This document shows positions 50,779 to 62,440 of a stretch of DNA of 64,000 nucleotides, in pieces; within the stretch, counting starts at the first letter, position 1, and every line of letters starts with the position of its first letter. The position numbers and the translations under genes are program-made. The notes under the pieces are model-generated. The model was not told the DNA's origin and did no database searches. It saw only the letters and a program-made list of their open reading frames with translations. The stretch covers positions 211,358,001-211,422,000 of the forward strand of contig NC_088791.1 in assembly GCF_011386835.1 (NCBI RefSeq), given 5' to 3'. The DNA is from Chrysemys picta bellii (taxonomy: Eukaryota).

Positions 50779-50893
50779 CATTCTCAGGGTTAATACGATC
50801 AGATGGGGAGATGGGGGGGTAAATAGAGGAAGAGTAGGCTGGGTGACTTCTAGTCAATGAAACATGGAACCTGTATGACACTTCTCATGGGGT

Positions 50894-51529
50894 TGTGATG
50901 AAGTATCCACCCCACAAAAGGCAGAGCAGGTTGTTCAGACAATTAACCTGATAGGCTGCACCTGGGGACAGCCCTGGCTTGAAAGGCTAATTGATGATGA
51001 AACCCACCTGGGTCAGGGCAGGCTGAGCTTGTATAAAGCCAGCAGGGGGAGAACAGAAGGGGACTGCAGGAAAAAGTAGTCTGCAGTCACTCCCTGGGTG
51101 GAGGGAGTTTGGCCTAGTAAACCCAGGGGAAGAACCAGAAGATAGCGCAGAGAAGTAGGAATGAATCCAGGGAAATAGCAACAGGGTCTAGGAGCAAGCA
51201 GACTATAGTTGCTGGACATAGGATCCCTGGACTGGAACCCAGAGGAGTGGGTGGGCCTGGGTTCCCTATCAGCAGCTATGAAAGTGGCACAGGACCTGGC
51301 TGTGGATTGGAAGACTACCAGGAGTAGATGAGGATAGCTGATCCTATAGGACTTCGATACCCCAGACCTAGCTGCAGGGCCAAGCCATGAAGAGGAAGTG
51401 TGCAGAGTCCCAGTGAGCGAGTGGGGCGATGGTAAAAGCTGAGAAATAGACGGGAGTATCAAACCTGAGTAGAGTTAATCCCCAGAGGTGGCCACCAGGA
51501 GTCACCCAGAGATGAGCGGACTTGTGACA
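50894..51529 (+). mobile_element. Solo LTR (Gypsy-like), 636 bp
   Basis: TGTGA...tgtgaCA termini, 5-bp flanks GGGGT / GGTGT (4 of 5 match), TATAAA near 51032, 3' region similar to the LTR at 3134. Confidence 0.75.
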
Positions 51530-51744
51530 GGTGTGTTTTATGAGCACTTTCAGTAGTGAATGTGCCTCACTCAAGTCCTTCTTCTGCTTCTATCTATCTG
51601 AAAACCTTCATTGATGGTAAGAGAACAGGGATGTGAGGCTTCATTTTCCTGTACCTTGCATGTTGTGAAGATATCTATACCTGTGTAAAACAATACGAAC
51701 TCAGAGTCTCCATTTTATCTACCTATGATACATGTATGATCCCC

Positions 51745-51915
51745 ACTACTAAGTGCCTCATAAACGTGAATGTATTTGTTCTCAAAACACCCCTCTGAGG
51801 TAGAGAAGTGTTATTATCTCTATTTTACAGATGGGAAACAGAGAGACTGAATGATCTATCCATGGGCACAGAAGAAGTCAGGAAGCAGGCTAGCTCCCTA
51901 ACCTCTGTACTATCC
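51745..51915 (-). mobile_element. MIR/CORE SINE
   Basis: ctctgaggtagagaagtgttattatctctattttacagatgggaaacagag is the antisense CORE. Confidence 0.8.
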
Positions 51916-52079
51916 TCCCATTCACTTATACCAGTGGTGGCATTTTACAACATCTTTGCATAGCATAAAAGCTACACAGGTACAAAGTGGTAATGGATCA
52001 AGCCAGGCAAAAGGAAAGAGACATCAGGATATAGTCACAAAGGCACATAGGCACTTAAGTCCAACATTTACATGCAACG

Positions 52080-52762
52080 GATATTCACAAAACCCACATG
52101 CATCTACCTGCAGGCACGCAAACTCACTTAGTACCTACATTTTTGCTGTAAAGACCTCTAGGCTCCCAAGTTTCTGTCTTTAGGCATGCATACTACTGTC
52201 TCAGTTTAGGCAGCAGGATACCTGTTACAAACCTAAACCCCATTGTGATCCACAAAGCAGAGGACAATAAGCAAGAGAAACACCTATTTTAAATGTGGGA
52301 TGAGCCCTAAACTCCCTTACTGTATTGGGCCCCATTCAAAATACCGGTAGTGTCACCACCCACCTTATAAAATGTAGCCCAGCAGTTAAAGCACTCATGG
52401 GGCAGACCAAGGTTCAATTTCCTCCCTCTGCTTGATAGGGAGGGGATATGAATAGGGGTCTCCCATATCTCAAGTCAGTGCTCTAACCACTGGACTAAAA
52501 GTTATAAGGTGAGAGGTGCTGGTGGCTCAGTAACACCACCATCACCTCCAGCATTTCTGGCAAAAAATGGTTTAGGCACCTGACTCTAGGAGACAGTTTG
52601 CAGTTATGAATCACAAGCAGAGATAGGCACCTCCCTGCAAACCAGACTCAGCTGTCAAGCTCCATAAGAGGGGAGGGGTTTAGGACACATACCTTTCATC
52701 ACCATCTCCTATTGGTTAGCTTAGGCAATTCCCCACTCAGCATGCTAGTTTTTGTGGATTGC
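52080..52762. repeat. Palindromic repeat with two inverted tRNA-like heads at its centre
   Basis: Imperfect terminal inverted repeats (attcacaaaac..catgc / gcatgc..gttttgtggatt); A-box/B-box-like segments at 52375-52422 (+) and 52442-52497 (-). Confidence 0.55.
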
Positions 52763-53513
52763 AATGAAAATTAAAAACAAAACAAAACACCAACACATGT
52801 GTCAGGTTTGGAATGATTTGGATAAAAACTGAAACTGTCTTTTCTGTCTGAGAGATATGTTAGCTATTATGAGTCTTCTTGCATTTGTTAATTATAACAG
52901 ATGTTTCCCTCTCCTATTTGTCTTACCACAGCCCTGTAGCTGAACAAACAAAATAGGAGATGTTCTGGGGAAGTAATACAAATTTAAACAGAGGATCTGG
53001 TGATCCTCCCCTCCTCCGCTCATCTGGGCAAACTGTAAAACATCAGGTGCAATTTCCTGCACTTTGGAAGATAATAGACAAAACTAAAATAAACAAAAGC
53101 AAAATATAAAAAAGCCTACCTTCTATTTACTAAGAATTTTAGAATAACTTGGCAATGGCAAATTAGAATTGGTTTTATCCATAAACAAAATAAAGCCTAT
53201 AAAACCAATTCTATGACTGCTTCCAAATGTTTTAATAGGCTTCCCCCCCCCCCTTTTGTGTATGTGTCAAGAGCTACCTGAGTCCTTTTGAGCCCAGGAT
53301 TTTTGGCATACATTTCCTAGTGTGAGAACAGAATGTAATTTGCCATTGCCAAGTTATTGTAAGGACTTGTCTATGCTGGCAGGGATATTTGGTGTACCTA
53401 TAGCTACACGCCATATTGAAAAGCAGTTTGTAATGCAGTGATATGCAGACCTTAATGGTTCAGGAGCCAAATTATTAGTGATCAACATTATGCAAAAGAG
53501 CCATAGTAGTCTG

Positions 53514-53518
<5 letters not shown>

Positions 53519-53576
<58 letters not shown>
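53519..53576. repeat. (TA)n microsatellite, about 29 units
   Basis: Directly visible. Confidence 0.95.
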
Positions 53577-53580
<4 letters not shown>

Positions 53581-55711
53581 CCCTGCTTGTTTGGAGTGGC
53601 ACACTGTCCTCCTCTAGTAGTAGCTAGGCCAAAAGCCTGCTATAGCCTTGGCTAAGAGAGGTGTGTTTTTCAACTCATACAGTAGAAGCCCAGTATGTAT
53701 GTGTGTGTATATATATGTGTGTATATACATATGTATATAATGTAATTCTCACAGCAAAATGACTGGCCAAGTATTATTTTATCAATTACAATTGGTTAAT
53801 AACATAGTAAAAGCATCCTGATTAGTTAATACATTGGTTAATACAGTAACAATGTTTTATATCATGTGCTGCAAAGAGCCACAGGAAATACATTAAAAAG
53901 CTAAGTGGCTCCCAAGCCTCACTCGGCGTATCACTGCTGTACTGTATAGCTATATGTCGTGGGGAAAGGCTCTGGCAGCAGGGAGGCAGTGGAGACACTA
54001 CACTACACTGCTATTTTTAGGGAGACACTACTTAGGCATCTAGGGTATATAGTGTAGGGAATATACTTTATGTTTCTGGCATGTTTTTACTCTACTCGCA
54101 TAAGCAATATCTCTCTGTTTGTCATGTACTCCTTGTAAATATTAAGCTGCAAGACTGCTACTAGCAGATCAGGCTCCTGTACCAGATATGGACTAGCTAC
54201 AGAGCTTCCATCATAGAAAGATAAACCAGATGTGTTCTCTATAAAATCCTATAATGCATTGCCAAGTAAGGCTGTTAAACTCTGATAAGGTATGTTACAC
54301 ACAACATCACCTAATGCCTGAACAGTATAATGAAGTCAAGCATTCCATTACACTGTCTACACTGTTATTTATACCCCTGCTAGGGGAACGTGCAGTGTAT
54401 GTACTCTACATAACACTGTAAGTAGATTTAGCTACAATCAATAGAAATTCACTATCCTATGATTGCTTAAATAAAATGTATCTTTTTCACTCATTCATTG
54501 AGACAAAAAAATCATGTAAAAGTGATATCATTAACTTCTGAAAGCTAAAATTAATGAAAGGAACATGGTAATTGCTGGAACTGAACATGTTTCTGATTTA
54601 TAATACGTAATAAAGGAGCATTTCAGGAAGAAAGCCTTAAGAAATGTGGTTTCTTCAGAAGGCTATGTAAAACAGAATGAGTAAGAGTCCATGGAAATGC
54701 AGGAGGAGTGGATAAGTAAAATATTCTCTGGTTTCAAGGGACAAGACCTATCCCTACACAGGAGGGGGGAAAACAATTTTCAAGTGTTTACAGCTACTAT
54801 TTCACCTTACATAGTAAGAGAATCTGTCATTCAGAAACACTGGAGTTTACTTTTATGTGCTGATAACTTTAAAACACCATTTTCAGCTTCCCCCCATTCT
54901 TTATCTGTAAGAGAGGTAATAATCTTAAGGATTTATTGGTGAGATTAAACACTTATATTACTTCAAATTGCATCCTTATCTTGTATTTCTCCTGGGAATA
55001 TTCTATGTTATAATTGCACGGTATGAAATAAGATGACACACTTACCCATCCGTTCTAAGGAAGGAATATATACTGTGAACAGATAAAACTTTGAATTACA
55101 GAATGTCTACAGTAAAGAGAATAAATACATTATCTTCAAATCCACTGAAAGTAATAAATCCTTCATAGCTGATATATATGTTATAAGACATCTAAGCATT
55201 ATGGTTCCCTGGGATACACTGGTATTGGATGAAATGTAGGAAGAAGTAACACATGCAACTAATAAATGTACAGAATGAAGTGGAAAAAAGAACAAACAAA
55301 AAGGCAGACTGATTAAATATAGTATTTACAGAGAGACTCCAATGAAGTTATATCAAAAAGGTTGCAACACTCTTCCATTTGATAGTGCAGTACCATATTT
55401 ATTTTATGTGATAAATCATTCAAGTCATTCACAAAAACATGTAAACATGTGGGCCTGATTCATCACTCCATTACATCAGTGTCTGGATTCCACTGATTTC
55501 AATGGACTCAACTTGATGTTTAACTGGTTTAGCAGAGTAGTGGATCAAGCCTAGTCACTTTCATAACATGGGGGAGAGAAACTCATGTCCTTGATTGAAT
55601 TATATTATGCTAATTTATGTCAATGTGAGTTGTCCATGCTCAAAGTCCAATACTAGAAGGTGCTCCCTTTGGGAGTTCAAGGCACTAGATACCTCTCAAG
55701 GAAGTACTCGC

Positions 55712-56421
55712 TGTACGGGGAGACTTTGGCAAACCAGTAAAGTGCTTGAAACCACTATGGCTTATTGTTAAAAAGCAACCTACTCAGCAGGCTGTAAAGT
55801 GGCCATGCAGCTTGACCAAGGCAGGAGGGTTTTGGGTGCCTCAGAAAGGGCAGCTTGACCCTGCGTCCTTCCTGATAAGAATTGTGTTGAAGTTGCTGAT
55901 ACGTGCGTTTTAAAAGAGCAGGATGTACCCCCAGGAAGTCTATTGGGTCTCAAGGCTGCAGACTCTGGAAAAACCTACACGTAGTTAATCAATAATCAGA
56001 AGGAACCTCTTGCTCGATCATTAAAACAGCTTACTTAACAAGGTTTCTGTAAGGGACATGTCATTCTATTACTAATGTATAAATAAGGGACTCCTCTGGG
56101 GGACTCTTCGGGACTGGTCTCTCCCTCTGGATGCATCTTGTGTTCCCCACCAGCAGATGGGCTGCCACTGTACCACTGGAGAGTCACACTCAGCTTCGGT
56201 AATTAACGAGGGTTGGGGGTGTTTTCTAATCTTGTTGCGGACGTGTGTAAGTGCTTGAGACTAGTAAAGTTTAGCTTTAGGTGAAAGCACTCTTGTGTTG
56301 TCCTGTTTGTGCCAGCCATCTATCGGTCGGATGGCCATGTCTCCTGTGATTTATTTCCTGACACCTCCTCGCACAGAGTAAAGTTACCAAGAGCTTTGGG
56401 TTGAAAGAACCCTGGGTAACA
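55712..56421 (+). mobile_element. ERV1-like solo LTR, 710 bp
   Basis: TGTA...gtaaCA termini, perfect 4-bp TSD TCGC (55708-55711 / 56422-56425), TATAAATA at 56078-56085, AGTAAA at 56263-56268. Confidence 0.85.
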
Positions 56422-57881
56422 TCGCTGCCTCACAGGTTCTGGCCTTTCTGAGTTTGATGTGGTCCCATGTGATCTACTAACTAAGAAGCATTCTGAATTG
56501 CTAGAGTGACACACAATTTCCTGCTCAGCACTCATTGGCCAAATTACATCCTCCATTTTATTTATCCTATGAAAAAGGACAGGACAGAGCAAGAAAAAAT
56601 AAAGCTTTCAAATATACCTCTTCCCATAATTTATTTGAGTTGTATTTAACTGAAAAGACTCCAACCTCTAGTTGGTAATGAAAATGTATCTAAAACCTTC
56701 TTGCTCTCATGCTATACAGTGCCCTAAGTGAAGAGGCGTTTTTGTTTATCTTGGTCTCCCAAACTGGAATGACTATTGTGTTAGCCTTTTTATGATGATG
56801 TGACTCAGGGAAAATTCAGCTTTTCTAACAATCAATTTTTTTTTTTAAAGTCATCAAGTTGACAGCTACACTCAGGGGAACAGTGAGAAAGGAAAAGCAC
56901 AGGTATTTTTTGCTTTAGGCAGTATAAAGTCTTAGCCCCAGAGGGGTTCCATATTCATTTTCACTTTTAGCTATACAGGAACTTAATTCCCCAAAAGTTT
57001 GAAAAAAATTTCATACCACCGTTATCAAAAGGGGATTAATTTTCCATTTGGTCAAAATTTCCTGTAAAAAACGTGTGGGGTTTGGGGGGTTGGGTTTTTT
57101 TTTTTTAGCCTTTCTCTTCTTTTCCCCGTCTCCCCTCTCCTTCCCCCCCCCCCCCCGCCCTATTTTGTCATTGAATATGAGGAAAGAAAGTTTTGGGGAG
57201 GGAAGGGAACAAACTTGTATTCGTGTTTTGTGGACAAAATGGAGAAGGAGGGGGGATTTAAACTCTTTTCTCAAAAAAATATAAGAAAATTGTTTTATTT
57301 GAAAAAATTCAATGAGCTATGATTAATAATTTTAAGTCAGATTGTCATGCTTCATTGAAAAATAAAGAAAGATCTCTTGTTTGTCTTTGAGGGGTGGGGG
57401 GTGGCTGACCATAATAATGGTCTAAATCAGGCCTGCACAACTCGTAAAGCGGCGAGGGCCATATTACTTCAAAGAAAACAGCTGAGGGCCGAAACCCCCC
57501 AAGTGCCGCCAACACCCCCCCCTAGAGCCACCCAGCCCCCCCGAAACACAACACACACACCCCAGCTCCATCCGCCCCATGGAAACAATCCCCCCACGGC
57601 CGCCGAAACACACACACACAGCCCGTGCCACCTGCCCCACGGAAACAAACCCTCCTTCCCCAGCGCCGCCCCACCGAAACAGCAGTATTGAACCTCGGAA
57701 ATATGTTATAGCGGGCCCCTAAGATAGTATAATTAAGGTAAAAGAAAAATGTCTTTTTACTAGAAGTAGAATAAGATCTTCTCCGCACTTTGTAATCAGT
57801 TGCCCTGTTGAATGAATGAGGTGTGAATGAGAAAGGTGTAGAAGGCAGGCACCTCCAGACAGCTGCAACCCTTGGAGAGGG

Positions 57882-58676
57882 CAGGGCCGGCTCTAGGATT
57901 TTTGCCGCCCAATGGTGGATTAATAATTTTGCCGCCCCTGGGCCGGGAAATAATTGCCGCCCTGGCCCCGCCCCGACTCCGCCCTTTTCCTGCCCCCATT
58001 CCAATCCCCTTCCCAAAGTCCCCGCCCCAACTCCGCCCCCTCCCGTCCCCTATTGGATCCCTTCCCCAAATCCCTGCCCCCGGCCCCGCCTCTTCCCCCC
58101 AGCGCGCGGCGTTCCGCCTCCTCCCCCTCCCTCCCTGCCCCACGAAACAGCTGTTTTGCGGCTCAAGCACTGGGAGGGGAGAGAAACAGGATCTGGCAGC
58201 GCGCTTGCAGAGGAGGCGGAGGTGAGCTGGAGCAGGGGGGTGGGGCGCAGCGGGGAGCTTCCGCCCCTGCAAATTTGCCGCCCTAGGACTAGGCCTTGTC
58301 AGCCTAGGCAATAATATGGCACTGTTGCCGCCCCAAGCAAAACAAAAATTGGCCGCCTCCCCTTTCTTTTTCGTGCCCCTCTGCCCTCGGCCCCACCCCA
58401 ACTCCACCCCTTCCGAACCCCTTCCCCAAATCCCCAGCACCGCCTCCTCCCCCGGCGTGCCACATTTCCCCCCCCCTTGCTTCCTGCAGGCCCCCCGTGA
58501 CCTCCTGCCCTAGCTCACCTACGCTCCGCCTCCTCCCCCCAGGCGTGCCGCCGCTCTGCTTCTCCCCCCCCATGCCCTGGAGTTGGCACCTATGATGGCA
58601 GGCGCTAGAATGCCGCCCCTAGAAATGTACCGCCCCAAGCACCTGCTTGTTTTGCTGGGGCCTGGAGCCAGCCCTG
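57882..58676. mobile_element. hAT (Tip100-like) MITE, middle layer; same family as 44319, opposite orientation
   Basis: TIR CAGGGCCGGCTCTA / TGGAGCCAGCCCTG, perfect TSD GGAGAGGG (57874-57881 / 58677-58684). Confidence 0.9.
57910..58324. mobile_element. hAT-type MITE, inner layer, 415 bp
   Basis: Imperfect TIR CAATGGTGGATTA / TAATATGGCACTG, perfect TSD TTGCCGCC (57902-57909 / 58325-58332). Removing it restores the 44319-family terminus. Confidence 0.85.
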
Positions 58677-59063
58677 GGAGAGGGGATGGGAGCCAGACCA
58701 GATCAGTAGAACAGGTCAGTCACCGATTCGCTGCTCGCCTCCTCAGTCCTCCTCCCCCGGCTCGCCTACTCACCCCCCACCACTGCCTGCTCGCTCGCCT
58801 CCTCAGCCCCCCACCCCACCTGCCCCCCCGCCACTGCCCACCCGCTCAACTCCTCAGCCTCCCACCCCCCCGGCTCGCCTACTCCCCCCCCCCGCCACTG
58901 CCCGCCCACTCGCCTACTTAGCCCCCCTCCCTCACCCGCCGCTTGCCTACTCATCCCCCCGCGGGCCACACAGTGAGCCCATCTACTCAACCCCCGCGGG
59001 CCGCATGCGGCCCCCGGGCCGCATGTTGTGCAGGCCTGCTCTAAATGCTTGGACAAACACTGG

Positions 59064-59290
59064 AGCCAGCTCTACACTACAGACCTATAATCCTTGTAAT
59101 TATGTTGTGGAAAAATCCACACCCCTGAGCAATGTAGTTACACCAACCTAACCCACTGTGTAGACAGTGCTATATCAATGGGCGAGCTTCTCCCATCAGC
59201 ATAGCTACTGCCTTTTGGGGAGGTGGATTAACTATGCCATTGGGGAAGCTGTCCCTTCTGCTTAGGAGTGTCTTCCACTAAAGTCTTCAC
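59064..59290. mobile_element. PIF/Harbinger-type MITE fragment
   Basis: ctctacactacagacc...gaaaaatccacacccctgagc...gtgtagacagtgcta...agcttctccc...ggggaggtggattaacta; TCTACACT/GTGTAGAC motifs as in the 31855 family. Confidence 0.65.
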
Positions 59291-60346
59291 TAGGAAACAC
59301 CATGAATCTTTTTCAACAGTGCTTTCTGAAGCTCCTGTATGCACAGGGGAATAACAATCTCTGCAGTCCCCTTAAGAGGGTAAAGCATGTACTCCCCCAT
59401 GCAGATAGCCTCCTCTGCTGCACTTCATAAGAAAGTTGTTAACTTTACCTGGAGATGTGGGCCTTGCAACAGACCTTGTCTTCTCTAGGTCTACTACAGT
59501 TTACAGTACTTCTAGATTGGTTTACAACCATAATTTCCTTATTGCCCAGGCTTTAATATTATGTTATAATATCCTACTGAACATTTTTAATAAGTGAAAT
59601 ATTTTGTCAATTTTAACTATTTTGACAAAACTTTTATCTATAAATGTCCTTGTTTCTTTAAACATTAATTTTAACTTCTGGAGTATAACAGTGTGTCTAT
59701 TTCTTCTTAACACTATTTTATACATAATATTACACTACAAAGAATATCTCACACACTTACTTAATTCCAGAATTTAGCACTACTAACACACACAAAAAGT
59801 TCAAATTTTAAGGTCAGTTTAAAACCCAATCAATCACAAACTCATATACATAACTTCTGGCAAGAATGGTTATTTAAAACACTATCAATATTTGTAATAG
59901 TCTCAAATGATTTGATTAGAGAGAAGCCTTAGTTTTAATGAAAATCAGAATACAGGAATATTCTTTACTAAGGTGAAGCTTGCATAGAAATAAAGATAGA
60001 AATTCCACTTGTAAGAATATAGATTTCTTTCTTTGGCCTGTATGATCTTCAGCATATCAAGAAATATGACTTTTTAAATTATCTTCATGTTTTCAAAATT
60101 TTCCTTGCTTTCTACGACTTTTAACTTTTCCTAAATATCACTTTTTTTTCTTTCAGCTATTTGAGATTTTCTCTCTAAATCTAATAAATTTACAGAAAGT
60201 GAGTCTAATTTTTTCTCTCAAGAGTCTAATTGAACATTTAGGCCTTGCGGAGACTATTCTTAAGTGTAATTTTAACAGTGGCTATAGCAGTCATAGCTTT
60301 GACCTCTGCCTTTATAGGTAATTCAACAACTGCACATAAACCAGTA

Positions 60347-60660
60347 TATGATGGGAGAGGGGGGTGTAAACCATACACCCATACTAAGAGGGTTAAGAGG
60401 TGCCTGAGAACTCAATGAACTCACCTGCTGGTACCTGGAAGGATGTTAAGTAGATCAATGAGCAGATCCATCTAGAACAGTGTCAAATTTCCTAAAATGG
60501 ATTGAGGCACTCAGAGATCCAACAGAGAGTTCTTGCTTTCTGAAATCAGCTTGATAGAAATCAGAAGAAAGGGGAACTGGGAAAAACCATGGAAGGAGGA
60601 GAGTTAGCTGCTATGGTGGGTTGCAAAATAAGGGCAAGACTTCAGGAAGGTAGGCTTGGG
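60347..60660 (+). mobile_element. LTR-like segment (possibly the 5' half of a solo LTR interrupted by the Vingi LINE; possible 3' half about 62450-62712)
   Basis: TATGATGGG...gggttaagagg start resembles 6306 and 10667; a purine-rich segment ending tgtgaCA at 62712. No TSD found. Confidence 0.4.
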
Positions 60661-60769
60661 GTGTTGGTGTCCAGCTGACGAATAGAGTATTGTGAAGGAC
60701 TAAAGTTCAGGCCTGGGAAGGGTGTAAGTAGTTCAAGTTTATACTTTTGATTTGGGAATTGTTGGAGTA

Positions 60770-62440
60770 CTCTTTTTTCAGCATTGGGTACATGATTTTG
60801 CACTGTCTGTAGCCCTGGTGAGATTTCCCATGGTACACAGTTCCTCCAGGAGCTGGCAGAACAACAGATGTTCAAGGCTTGTTTCACCACAGCCATGTGT
60901 CTAGGTCACTGGAGTAGTCCCACTTCCGAATATTAACTTTTGACCTGCAAACTCTTGTTCAGAGGCAATTTAAACATCTCCAGGTCAACCAATCCTTCTC
61001 CACACTTGCAGGAAGACATTTGACAACGGCAACATGCATTTTGACATCCTAGTTGTGTATTTTGAGCTGTGTGCATCCCATTTTCTACTGTTGTAGCCAT
61101 TGGTGTCTGGGTAGTTTAATGCAGTTCCATTGCAGCTAGGAAGCTTTTCCACAATTTCAGGTGGCTAACTGCCATGGTATGGCCACATTGGAGATGTCTG
61201 GTATCTTTGACCTGTCTTAATCATTCCTTTTTGTTTGTTACTGCTTTCCTAATAACCAGTGAAGCAATTCCAGAAAGCATTTAAAGGCTGCTCACATTTG
61301 TTGGTTTTAGATATCCTGTGATGTAACAGCAGCAATCATTCAGGACACTGTCCAGCTTCTTTGTGTGAGCTGATCTTTGCCACACCAGACATGCATATTT
61401 GACTATTGTAAAGCAAAGTGCAAGTGTGATGGCTCTTAGTGTTGCTGGGTTGGTTCCCCATTAAGAATTTGCAAGCTTCCTAGGGGTGGTGTTCTGTGTT
61501 CTAATTCTGCCTTTTGTTTTCACACTCTTCTTCAAGGCACACATGGAAGTCCAGTGTCTCTCCAAGGTAGACAAGATTCCAGCAATGGGCAAGTGATACC
61601 CCATTCCAGATGATATTGAGTTATCCATTGGCCTCACACTTGTGAAGATGGAAAAGCCTCCCTGGAGTTTTGGCTGGGTTGTCATGTAATTTGGTTTTGG
61701 GGATAATAGACCAAGAGCCCAGAAAGCACTAAGGTTAACATAGCTTCACTCTGGGTGAGTTCCTTGGCTTGGACAGTAAACATCGGTCTTCAGCATAGAT
61801 AAAAATTCTTGTGCCAAGATGGACCAGTTAATCATTTTCTGTATATGCTGAAGAGTGTTGGTGAGAGTACACTCCCTAGTGATAGGCCATTTTTCTGTTG
61901 CTGCTATGAGCTCCACTTCCTGAATAATTTACCATAAAAAGGTTGATTCTCTAAAAGAGATTGTATCAGTCATATGAGGGGGTGATCATTCATTGGGTTG
62001 TATATTTTAGTGAGGAACCTTCAGCGATTTTCCTGTTGGATGCTGTTGATAGACTCTGTGTTTGTCGACAGGTTACCGTACCCTTTTCAAAGTTGTGTTT
62101 GATGTACTGAGTGCTATTCAGCACTTGGCCGGTGTATGACTTGTCTAGGCAGAATCTAGTTTGCTCTGGGATTAGATGCTCTTCAGCAGAAGGTGAAAGG
62201 CAGTTTAAGAGGAGATGCTCATATAGTTTGTTGAGCCGACATAGGCCTAAAGTTCTTCAGCCCCATTGCATCCTTTCTTGGCATCAGGAGTACTACAACA
62301 CTAGCTCATTGCCAGAGGTTGGATACTTTGTATGTTGCTGAGCAAGTATTAAACCACTGGAGTTCTTCAGTGCTGGTCTGAAATGTTTGATTTGTTCAGT
62401 GTGAATGTTGTCTAGGCTGAACATCCTTTGTCTGAAACTC
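60770..62440 (-). mobile_element. Vingi/Ingi-like (I-group) LINE, decayed RT and C-terminal zinc knuckle
   Basis: Manual minus-strand translation: EQIKHF...WFNTC...W..A.VV.LL.P.KD...KNFRPMS...LIPEQ.RF...KS.TGQVLN.TQYI...FEKG; RN...RKLAN..WG.NP.TLR..TLALC...KYAC.VW...H.KKLD.VLN.CC.YITG.LKPT; W.TWR.LN.L.T...RSK.NIRKW.Y...CGE...EHLLFC. Many stops and frameshifts. Confidence 0.8.

Larger units (their letters stand above)
57428..59038. mobile_element. hAT (Charlie-like) non-autonomous element, outer layer of a nest
   Basis: Perfect 14-bp TIR CAGGCCTGCACAAC, TSD GTCTAAAT (57420-57427) / CTCTAAAT (59039-59046). Confidence 0.9.

Noticed and set aside
53354-53602. ORF with an IY repeat
   Set aside because: Translation of the (TA)n microsatellite.
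57377-59056. Long Pro/Gly/Arg-rich ORFs (up to 214 aa) in several frames
   Set aside because: They lie entirely in GC-rich nested MITEs, where stop codons are scarce. They overlap on both strands and contain no domain motif.
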